A stretch of 64,000 bases of DNA from Macrostomum lignano (taxonomy: Eukaryota): assembly GCA_002269645.1 (NCBI GenBank), contig NIVC01000991.1, forward strand, positions 248,001 to 312,000. Direction: 5' to 3'. This document shows positions 1-10,300 of the stretch, piece after piece (position 1 is the first letter of the stretch; every line of letters begins with the position of its first letter). The notes beneath the pieces were generated by a model, which made no database searches, had not been told where the DNA came from, and saw only the letters and a list, made by a program, of their open reading frames with translations. The position numbers and the translations under genes were made by a program.

Positions 1-19
1 AATTACGCTTGTATCAAGG

Positions 20-390
20 TAAAGGAGACATCATGCCCTTCTCCGAATTATCAAGGTCACAGATCAAGACATCATGTTACCCCCACCCCGGATTCTCAAG
101 GTCAAAGAGATGTCATGCTCCCCCCCCCGATTCTCAAGGCCACAGAGATATCATGCCCCCCCTGGATTCTCAAGGCCAGAGATATCATGCTCCCCCGGAT
201 TCTCAAGGCCACAGAGATATCATGCTCCCCCGGATTCTCAAGGCCACAGAGAAATCATGCTCCCCCCGATTCTCAAGGCCACAGAGATATCATGCTCCCC
301 CGGATTCTCAAGGTCAAAGAGACATCATGATATCCCCAGATTCTCAAAGTCACAGAGATATAATGCTACCTCTTGATTCTCAAGGCCAGG
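20..390. repeat. 35-bp minisatellite (GATATCATGCTCCCCCGGATTCTCAAGGCCACAGA)n
   Basis: Tandem period 35 (e.g. copies at 181 and 216), about 10 copies, downstream of the aminotransferase stop. Confidence 0.9.
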
Positions 391-745
391 GAATAATATT
401 TTAATAATAAAAGTTATGTGGTTAGTTGAAGGCATAATGAGTTTATTATATAAGTACGAGTAGGGTAGAATGTCCAATTGTGTTTCGGTAGATTTATTTT
501 AGAATGGGCTTACCTTATTTATCGACGGAATAGCGACATATTTAGCTGTACAAATTTCGATCACAGTGAAAATGTTCAAATTGAAATCTATATAGGTCAA
601 TGATATCGCAGATGACATTTCTAGTAAGCTCAAGATTGGCCAGCTAGTGTTATTCAATGTTATCGAGAATTGTTTTTTTCGCAAACATTAATAGTCTCGT
701 GATACGAGCTAATACGTCGTAATTAAATGTGTCAAAAAATATCCG

Positions 746-2329
746 TCAAATTTTGCAGCCAACCCACTCCGCCTGAGCAATGAGTATGACGTCATCGACT
801 AGATCTTTACTGTACTCTTCGATGTCGCTGGCACTGGGCGCCGAAGGTTCAGGGGCTGAAGGCGCGGAAGCGGCAGCAGATTCAGCTGTGTTGAGTTTCG
901 CTACATCCGCGTCTGCGGCAACGGAGGTGTCAGGATCGGCGGCTGCGACGGCACCTTCTTCATCCTCGGGCTGCCAGCCACGCAGGGCGCGAGTCCAGGC
1001 CGCAAGTTTGGCCACCGCCGAGGCTGTCGGGTCGCAGAAATTCCTGACGAACTCCTCGCCTAACGGCTGCATCTCGGCGTTGGCCACTGGCCGGCGACGG
1101 CACTCGGCGAAAGCTCGGTAGCCGTCAAAGTCGACGAAGCAGAGCCGGAGCGTGAGCTCGTCGTCGGGCCGGTCGAAGGCGCCGGAGCAGGGCAGCAGGG
1201 CGATGCCCAGCTCAGCCAGGAGCCGCTCGCACAGCTGCTCTCCAGTTGTCAGGCCCTCCTTGGCCAGGTGCTCGCGAACTGGCTCGAAATCTACTAGCAG
1301 ACTGTAGCCGGCTTGCGGCTCGGTTGCTAGGAGACCCGCCGAGCGCAGCTTCTTGCAGGCGTAGGCGGCCACGGCCGCTAGCACGCGCCTGCAGTGCCGC
1401 ATGTAGGCGTTGGCCGAGTGCAGGTCGCGCAACAGTCGAACTACGGCGAACTGCGCCGGGGTTGGCGCGCAAGCGAACGTGTGCGAGGCGGCGCTGACCA
1501 CCGCCAGCCGGAGCTCGGCCAGCTCCTCCGGGAACAGAGCGTAGCCCAGACGCCAGCCGCCCAGACTGGCCCACTTGGACAGGCCGCTAACCACCACTGT
1601 GCCCTCCGGGTAATAGCTGGCCAACGAATAGAACTCGTCACCGAAGTGCAGCCTGGCGTACACTTCGTCGCACGCTACAATATAGGAGTTGCTGCGCAGA
1701 TACGCGGCCAAGGACTCGAGCTCTTTGCGGCCGTAGGACAGACCGGTCGGATTGTCCGGATTGCACATGATCAGCAGCTTCGGCTGGCGCGGATCTGACC
1801 CGGCTGAGCGAGCCGCTCGATCCAGAGCGTCGCAGTTGAGCTTCCAGTCGGTATCGGCGGACAGAGGCACCGGCCAGTGTCGCCGGCTGCCGCTGAGAGC
1901 GGCCTGTGCGGCATAGGCGGGCCACGCCGGTGTGGGTACGAGCACGGGACCGTCAAACACCAGACTGACAAGGAAGGTCAGCTGCCTCGCGCCCGGACCG
2001 ACAACAACGTCGCGCGAATTGAACTGCTCGAAACTGTCGTAGTGTTCGTGGAATTCCACCAGCATCTGGCGGAGCTCCTCCAGCCCGGGCGTCGGCAGAT
2101 AGTGGCTGGCCTCGGCGAACTGGCGCAGCGCTCGAACGCCAGTCTCCAGCGGCGGGAACGGCGACTGACCAAACGCCAGATTGACAATTGGCTCGCCTGT
2201 CTCCTGACGCCGCCGCAGCTCAAGGCTGGTGGACAGTTTAGCAGCCGGACTGCTCAGTTGAGACAGCGGCACTGACAGCGGAGTTGGCAGCTGCTGATCG
2301 CGGCCGTCTGATGAAGATGAGGAAGACAT
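746..2329 (-). CDS. Class I/II PLP-dependent aminotransferase (aspartate aminotransferase-like), uninterrupted CDS, 527 aa
   Basis: Motifs NLAFGQSPFP, YLPTPGLEELR, CNPDNPTG, DEVY, SGLSKWASLGGWRLGY (PLP lysine) and LRLCF (carboxylate-binding Arg). A 3' splice acceptor (AG 2333-2332) lies 2 nt before the ATG. Confidence 0.93.
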   Translation of the reverse strand: MSSSSSSDGRDQQLPTPLSVPLSQLSSPAAKLSTSLELRRRQETGEPIVNLAFGQSPFPPLETGVRALRQFAEASHYLPTPGLEELRQMLVEFHEHYDSFEQFNSRDVVVGPGARQLTFLVSLVFDGPVLVPTPAWPAYAAQAALSGSRRHWPVPLSADTDWKLNCDALDRAARSAGSDPRQPKLLIMCNPDNPTGLSYGRKELESLAAYLRSNSYIVACDEVYARLHFGDEFYSLASYYPEGTVVVSGLSKWASLGGWRLGYALFPEELAELRLAVVSAASHTFACAPTPAQFAVVRLLRDLHSANAYMRHCRRVLAAVAAYACKKLRSAGLLATEPQAGYSLLVDFEPVREHLAKEGLTTGEQLCERLLAELGIALLPCSGAFDRPDDELTLRLCFVDFDGYRAFAECRRRPVANAEMQPLGEEFVRNFCDPTASAVAKLAAWTRALRGWQPEDEEGAVAAADPDTSVAADADVAKLNTAESAAASAPSAPEPSAPSASDIEEYSKDLVDDVILIAQAEWVGCKI

Positions 2330-2378
2330 CTCTGTTTGGGGCGGGAGGGGGTTAAGGGGTTTGCATGTGTGCTAATGT

Positions 2379-3334
2379 GGATTCAACCTGAAATGTTTGG
2401 GGAATGGGGTAGATTCCACCTGAAATGTTTTGGGAGTGGGGTAGATTCCACCTGAAATGTTTGGGGAATGGGGTAGATTCCACCTGAAATGTTTGGGGAA
2501 TGGGGTAGATTCTACCTGAAATGTTTTGGGAGTGGGGTAGATTCCACCTGAAATGTTTGGGGAATGGGGTATTTTTTTATTAGAGGCAGGGGGTTGTGTG
2601 CACCCTGGCGCAATTTAAGCGACATTGTCACACAACCGGCGAGAGGCATTACTGCCCATTCCGCCGACTCCCCTGAGCAGGCATACAAGCGCGCGGATAC
2701 GTTACGCAGGCACACACTCACACAGGAGTGTACAGCGGCCCTAACTTTATCAATTGTTAGGCATGTACACTTCACTGCGCCTTGGGGGGTTGGCTCTCAA
2801 GGCCGTTAATTGCACAAGCGAGCCAAGCCAAGATTCCAATCCAGCCCCAAATTAATGTGGCTGCACTTGGAATTGAGCCTGGGTCGCGGCACACCAGAGC
2901 AGCTGCGCTACCGCTGGGCTACGGCCCCCGAGGAATGGGGTAGATTCCACCTGAAATGTTTTGGGAGTGGGGTAGATTCCACCTGAAATGTTTGGGGAAT
3001 GGAGTAGATTCCACCTGAAATGTTTGGGGAATGGGGTAGATTCCACCTGAAATGTTTGGGGAATGGGGTAGATTCCACCTGAAATGTTTGGGGAATGGGG
3101 TAGATTCCACCTGAAATGTTTGGGGAATGGGGTAGATTCCACCTGAAATGTTTGGGGAATGGGGTAGATTCCACCTGAAATGTTTGGGGAATGGGGTAGA
3201 TTCCACCAGAAATGTTTGGGGAATGGGGTAGATTCCACCTGAAATGTTTGGGGAATGGGGTAGATTCCACCTGAAATGTTTGGGGAATGGGGTAGATTCC
3301 ACCTGAAATGTTTGGGGAATGGGGGTAGATTCCA
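2379..3334. repeat. 32-bp minisatellite (GGGGAATGGGGTAGATTCCACCTGAAATGTTT)n interrupted by a SINE
   Basis: Period 32 at 2379-2570 and 2931-3334. Lies in the probable 5'UTR intron 2332-3451 of the aminotransferase. Confidence 0.92.
2571..2929 (-). mobile_element. tRNA-derived SINE, full length, subfamily A
   Basis: Minus strand begins GGGGGCCGTAGCCCAGCGGTAG (A box), has a B-box-like GGCTCAATTCC and ends TAATAAAAAAA. GGAATGGGGT(A) is duplicated on both sides. About a dozen differences from the copy at 56374-56732. Confidence 0.88.
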
Positions 3335-3787
3335 TCATAAAGTTTTTTTCAAAGCAGCCGAGAAAGTGAAGTTGAGTTTTCAGTGACTCACATGCTGGAA
3401 TTTATTGAAAAGTACAAATTTGTTGTAGTACGAGTATCCTTTCTAACTCACCAAGTATCGCCTAAAACGTGGACTCAGTTAAAAATTCCGTTCTTTAATT
3501 ACCGATCTGCATATCAGGCAAGACAGGGGGCACTGAAGCAGGGTGTCCGGGAGACAGAGGCAAATTAGCATTTAAGCTGCATTTTAAAAGCAAGCACACG
3601 GTGCACATCCTATCGCTAGGTTTGCGCTGGTTGGATAGATTTGGGTCGGCCAATAGATAGGGGTGGGCTTGCCACAGGCTTTAATGGCTGTTTAAATTCA
3701 CCAATGGACACACAGCTGCAGCCTTGCAGACAGACGCTTTTATTGGCGGTAGGGGGGGGGGGCGCCGGTGGAGTGCTGGCGCCACAC

Positions 3788-4472
3788 CTGCAGTTTGGTT
3801 ATCCAGTAATAGTTTTCCCTGAAGGAACTGCAGTTTGGTTATCCAGTAATAGTTTTCCCTGAAGGAACTGCAGTTTGTGTCTATCCAGTAATAGTTTTCC
3901 CTGAAGGAACTGCAGTTTGTGTTTATCCAGTAATAGTTTTCCCTGAAGGAACTGCAGTTTGTGTCTATCCAGTAATAGTTTTCCCTGAAGGAACTGCAGT
4001 TTGTGTTTATCCAGTAATAGTTTTCCCTGAAGGAACTGCAGTTTGTGTCTATCCAGTAATAGTTTTCCCTGAAGGAACTGCAGTTTGTGTTTATCCAGTA
4101 ATAGTTTTCCCTGAAGGAACTGCAGTTTGTGTCTATCCAGTCCTAGTTTTGCCTGAAGGAACTGCAGTTTGTGTCTATCCAGTCCTAGTTTTCCCTGAAG
4201 GAACTGCAGTTTGTGTTTATCCAGTAATAGTTTTCCCTGAAGGAACTGCAGTTTGTGTTTATCCAGTAATAGTTTTCCCTGAAGGAACTGCAGTTTGTGT
4301 TTATCCAGTAATAGTTTTCCCTGAAGGAACTGCAGTTTGTGTTTATCCAGTAATAGTTTTCCCTGAAGGAACTGCAGTTTGTGTTTATCCAGTAATAGTT
4401 TTCCCTGAAGGAACTGCAGTTTGTGTTTATCCAGTAATAGTTTTCCCTGAAGGAACTGCAGTTGTTTATCCA
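3788..4472. repeat. 42-bp minisatellite (CTGCAGTTTGTGTTTATCCAGTAATAGTTTTCCCTGAAGGAA)n
   Basis: Period 42, about 16 copies. Explains the spurious 237-aa and 127-aa ORFs. Confidence 0.92.
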
Positions 4473-4476
4473 TATT

Positions 4477-6087
4477 CCCGATGGGAAATCTGGAGGGGTG
4501 TTGGAGGCTCACTTTTTGGCGCTAGCCTCTAATGATTTTTTTATTTGGTTACACTAAACCAATGGGAGGCTAGAGGCTAGGTTAGAGGCTCGACTCTTGG
4601 GTGTCGCAGCCTCTAAAAATGACCCAGATTTGATGCTCGCTATTGAGGCTCGTATTGGAGGCTGGATTAGAGGCTGGCGATTCGATGCTGAATTGGAGGC
4701 TGGATTAGAGGCTGGAGATTCGATGCTGAATTGGAGGCTGGATTAGAGGCTGGCGATTCGATGCTGAATTGGAGGTTGGATTAGAGGCTGGAGATTCGAT
4801 GCTGAATTGGAGGCTGGATTAGAGGCTGGCGATTCGATGCTGAATTGGAGGTTGGATTAGAGGCTGGAGATTCGATGCTGAATTGGAGGCTGGATTAGAG
4901 GCTGGCGATTCGATGCTGAATTGGAGGCTGGATTAGAGGCTGGATTCGAGACTGGCGTAGTTTTTTTTCAAAGGCAATACTAAACAGTTAGACAATGTCT
5001 GTTCAAAAAGATGTTAAAAGGCCATATAATCGGTCATATGGATTGTATTGTAACATACTAAACAATAACGATATATGGAATTATGAAATATAACTTATCT
5101 GCAACGCAGATATCTGCATAGTATATTTTCCCTCCTTAAGATTTGGTGCACACAACATATTTGCTTATACAGAGACAGGTGTCTTACTAGGTACAGGCGA
5201 GTATATACAGAGTTCACATTTTTGTGGGAGGGATATTTGCTCCTCTATTTGCAAAAGAGCTGCAGGCACACACCATTACGAGTAAGACTCCAACTTGAGC
5301 TTCTCTTTCAGTCTCAAATCCAACCTCTAATCCGACCTCTAATCCAGTCTCGAATCCAGCCTCTAATCCAGTCTCAAATCCAGCCTCTAATCCAGTCTCA
5401 AATCCAGCCTCGAATCCAGTCTCGAATCCAGCCTCGAATCCAGTCTCTAATCCAGCCTATAATCCGACCTCTAATCCAGCCTCTAATCCAGTCTCTAATC
5501 CAGCCTCTAATCCAGTCTCTAATCTAGCCTTGAATCCAGCCTCGAATCCAGCCTCTAATCCGACCTCTAATCCAGTTTCTAATCCGACCTCTAGTCCGAC
5601 CTCTAATCCAGTCTCTAATCCAGCCTCTAATCCGACCTCTAATCCAGCCTCGAATCCAGCCTCGAATCCAGCCTCTAATCCGACCTCTAATCCAGCCTCT
5701 AATCCAGTCTCAAATCCAGCCTCTAATCCAGTCTCAAATCCAGTCTCAAATCCAGCCTCTAATCCAGTCTCAAATCCAGCCTCGAATCCAGTCTCGAATC
5801 CAGCCTCTAATCCAGTCTATAATCCGACCTCTAATCCAGCCTCTAATCCAGTCTCTAATCCAGCCTCTAATCCAGTCTCTAATCTAGCCTTGAATCCAGC
5901 CTCGAATCCAGCCTCTAATCCGACCTCTATCCAGTCTCTAATTCAGCATCAAATACAATCTCTTTCAATGCTGAAGATTATTTTTGAGGCTAGCATCAAA
6001 CCAGCCTCGAAAAATTCGCTTTGAGGTTCATTCGAGGCTGTGTTTGAGGCTAGGGTAAAAATTAGAGACTGCTGTTTTCCCATCGGG
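4477..6087. mobile_element. Non-autonomous foldback-type DNA transposon
   Basis: Perfect 12-bp TIRs CCCGATGGGAAA (4477) and TTTCCCATCGGG (6087). Subterminal arrays of the same 12-bp motif in opposite orientation (GGATTAGAGGCT at about 4650-4950; AGCCTCTAATCC at about 5310-5945) flank an AT-rich core. No clean TSD. Confidence 0.75.
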
Positions 6088-6551
6088 ATCATTGCTTAAA
6101 ATGGAAATAAAAAATTAAAAAATCTAATTCAAATAATTTTATCCATTGGTAGCAATTGGTTACTAAGATTTCCAAAGTGAAAATATTTATTCATAACTTT
6201 ATCAATTTCATGGCAAAGGCAATTTATTTAACTTTTTCTCAACACCGGTCACGACCATGTTTGAAGCAAGAATTTGCCTGTTTAAGTTAATAAGCAGTTG
6301 CCTGTTTTGCTGAATACGTGTGTAATTAGAAAAACAATATTAGAGGGTCAGGAGCATGCTTAGCAGAATTCACAGGGCTGAATTTTTTGGATTATTAGCA
6401 ACAGTAAAATATAAAAATTTTGGACTTCTCAAAGCATTTATACTCGTAAAACAAGAAATGTTTAGATTGATTTATAGATGCTTATTCAAAACAAAATTGT
6501 TTCGGCTTTTATAAGCTTAAGTTGGAACACATATAAGATGGCAAAGCACTC

Positions 6552-7145
6552 AGATCCTCAGTGAACCCTCAGAGATCCTCGGTGACTCTGCAGAACCTCA
6601 GTGACTCTTCAGAACCTCAGTGAACCCTCAGAGATCCTCGGTGACTCTTCAAAACCTCAGTGACTCTTCAGATCCTCAGTGAACCCTCAGAGATCCTCAG
6701 TGACTCTTCAGAACCTCAGTGACTTCAGATCCTCAGTGAACCCTCAAAGATCCTCAGTGAACCCTCAAAGATCCTCAGTGAACCCTCAAAGATCCTCAGT
6801 GAACCCTCAAAGATCCTCAGTGAACCCTCAGAGCTCCTCAGTGAACCCTCAAAGATCCTCAGTGAACCCCCAGAGCTCCTCAGTGAATCCTCAAAGATCC
6901 TCAGTGAACCCTCAGAGATCCTCAGTGACTCTTCAGAACCTCAGTGACTCTTCAGAACCTCAGTGAACCCTCAAAGATCCTCAGTGAACCCTCAGAGCTC
7001 CTCAGTGAACCCTTAGAGATCCTCAGTGAACCCTCAGAGCTCCTCAGTGAACCCTCAAAGATCCTCAGTGAACCCTCAGAGCTCCTCAGTGAACCCTTAG
7101 AGATCCTCAGTGACACCTAAAAGATCTTCAGCAACCTCTGAGATC
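6552..7145. repeat. 21-bp minisatellite (AGATCCTCAGTGAACCCTCAA)n
   Basis: Period 21, just downstream of the UCH stop codon. Confidence 0.9.
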
Positions 7146-7358
7146 TTCAACAGTGACCCATCACAATGACTCCACAGATCCACTAGATTTGTAGTGAACC
7201 TTCACAGATTTTTAATAAGCATTTGTATCTTAGATTTTGAAATAACGCTCCATGAAATACTCGGTGGTCCAACTAATGCTTGATCCATCATCCTGGATAA
7301 GAAAGTTCAGTCAATCAAACATTAGCAAGCAGTATTTTTGTCTAAAAAAGTCCTGCAT

Positions 7359-10300
7359 TCAAAACGGCGACTCGCCCTTAGCCAAAGCCACAATGCTAAA
7401 GTTGAGATCGTCGCTCTGCCTAGCCATGAACTTCTGCACAACAGTAGCGGAATCGGCGAGAAAGTTCGACTCGTTGGTGTCGCCGTGACTAACTGGGCCA
7501 TCGCGCCGGCCGTCGAATTCTAGAATTTTGCCGCCCCGATTCAGCAGAGCGATGTAGTGAAGATTCGTGCGCGACTCCCGGTCAGGAGCGGAGGTTTGGC
7601 CTTCGGTGGCTACCGACTCATGGGCGGTGTTCAAGCCCTGCGTGCGGGTGCCGATATGTATCGATTAGAATTTATGTAGGCTAGTCATTTGCAACTGTTA
7701 ATGATTAGTAGTATAGTTAGTACGTATACAAATCATAAGTCTGAGATCCTTAAAGCATGTTCTGCTTATCTGTAGATTTTATAAAGCCGATATGTATCGA
7801 TTTTTATAAAACCGATATGTATCGATTTATAATAAAGCCGATATATATAGATTTTTTTAACAAAGCCGATATGTATCGATTTTTTTAACAAAGCCGATAT
7901 GTATCGATTTTTTTAACAAAGCCGATATGTATCGATTTTTTAAAAGGCGATATGTATCGATTTTTAATGAAGCCGATATGTATCGATTTTTAATGAAGCC
8001 GATATGTATCGATTTTCAATAAAACCAAAATGAATTGATATTAATAAAATCGATATGTAACGATTCTAGACATTATTTTGGATAATTATATTGAAAAAAT
8101 ATTCAACTCTGACATTGACATGTACATCTATGAATCATCGTGATGTAAAGTGAACGTACGTAATCTCAACCACACCGTCCACAACTCTAAACGAAACGAA
8201 GAAAGTACATTTAATAAACCTGCGCTACTATTCTAGGAAAAACACTGTAATGTTTACATGTACATTCTTTTGTTGTTTCGCACCGTTGCGTCCCTCCTTC
8301 TCGCACCGCCAACACCACCACTAACAGAGCCAGAGGCACCCGACGATAAAAGCTTGGCGATAAACTTCAAACGCGACTGTACCTCGTCAGTTTCCATTAT
8401 TTTGGCCCGCTCCTCCGGCGTTGAGTCCTTGGTTTTGGCGAAGAACTTGTCCAATGTAGAGTCCTCTGCAAGGTTGATTAACTAAACTTGTTTAAGAATT
8501 TGTTCTCTTGTAAGACTGCGGGTGATTCTCAACTGAGTTTAAGGAGTGATGGATTCTATGAAGACAGCGGGTGATTCTCAAGTGAGTTTAAGGAGTGATG
8601 GATTCTAGGAAGACAGCGGGTGATTCTCAACTGAGTTTAAGGAGTGATGGATTCTATGAAGACAGCGGGTGATTCTCAAGTGAGTTTAAGGAGTGATGGA
8701 TTCTAGGAAGACAGCGGGTGATTCTCAAGTGAGTTTAAGGAGTGCTGGATTCTAGAAAGACAGTGGTTGATAGCTTGATTTTGTGCTTATTTCAAATAGA
8801 AACGACTCACTCTCAATCTGCAGCTGATCTCTTTTATTGGCAATAGCATGAAGCAAAGCAACAGTGCCGCACGCATTCGACACTGTCTGCTTCATAAAAT
8901 AAACCCCTTCAGTGCTTGCTGGCAGCTTTTCGCCAATAGGAGCCGCCTCAGACTTGTCAGTGATGGGGTAGATGAATAGTAGACAGGCTACTGGCTTTGG
9001 CAGCATGTCTAGGAGCTCCTTGTCCAATGAGAACACATCCATAAAGTTCCATTGAGTAGACAGACCAAGACTATGGGCATACTTGTTTAGCACCTGTTTG
9101 AAAAAATGCAAAGGAAAAAAAGAATAAAAAAGTATGGACCTTGGCTTTTTAATTGTTAGAATTGCAGTGATATTTGGGATAGGCTACTTTCATCTAAGTT
9201 TAGGATGCTAAATTGAAATTTTATATGCCATAGCATGGCCTTTAGGTATAAAAATCTATTTGGTAGAAAAAAGTTCAACATTTGATTGATAGATTTTAAC
9301 TTTTGATAGATTTTATAGCAAAACAGCCAAATTTCTTATTATTTTCTAGGCCTAGCAAAGGATTTAATTGATTTTGAAAATAGATATAGTCAATATATGT
9401 TCAATTTTGTTTTAAAATTATAATGCTATAACTTTTATAAGGACATTTGTTAAAATTTGTTTAAATTAAAAGAACTTTTTGGTAAAAGTCAATGTGGTTC
9501 AAATAAGGAAATACTATTTTAATATTTATTAAAAATCTAGAGCCTAGTCCTGATCATACTAAACTTATGCTACAAGAAAATTTCTACTTTTATCTGTGAA
9601 TATATGCAAGTGTATAATTTTTACCTACCAAACATGAAAGTTTCTTAAAAAATATGGCATTCTTTAAAGAGCCTTCATATATTATTATTTTTTATTTGAA
9701 TTTGATATATATATATATATAATATAGTCTATATAGGCAGTCCAATGCAGGCAGTCCTTGCAGGCAATGTGGGAAGCCCAGTATTTTCTAGGTCTATAAA
9801 CCATATGCAGAGACCATGAATAGAAGACTGCTATTGCAATAAATGTGAAAAAAGGAAGGCCTTTTTCCACTCATTGGCTGTCTATTTATTATTTGGTCTG
9901 AGGCCACATCAAGCCACTTATTTTGGCAGCAATTTCAGTGAAAAGAACTGAGCAGAGAACTGGACAAAGAAGAAAATATGAGCATACAATAGTATAATAT
10001 TGCATTTTATATACGCACATATTTATATACCCTGCTAGCTCTAGTGGTTGATCTTTACTAGAAAGCAACTAGGAAATTGAACAAAGAGCCCATAACTATG
10101 AAGCTTTGAATGAAGCAGCTAAGTCCCGGATGAATTGCTTAAACTAAACCCAAATAAGCTACAAAATACTTGTACAAACTGAATTTTGTATAACAGCTCC
10201 AAAAAAAGAAAAATCCAGAGAGCTGTGCCTGTGGTAAGAAATTCAAGGTAATAATTCCTGCATGCAATTAAGGCATTTATAATAAAGTACACTTGCATGC

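Noticed and set aside
780-2275. Overlapping and antisense ORFs across the aminotransferase (also over NEDD4, kinase, channel and ABCA exons)
   Set aside because: Shadow frames expected in GC-rich coding DNA; no recognisable motifs.
3799-4532. 237-aa and 127-aa repetitive ORFs, and similar ORFs at 5222-6024, 36448-36864, 39548-40213, 44109-44783, 51219-51837 and 52355-53267
   Set aside because: All coincide with minisatellites, mostly inside introns of reconstructed genes.
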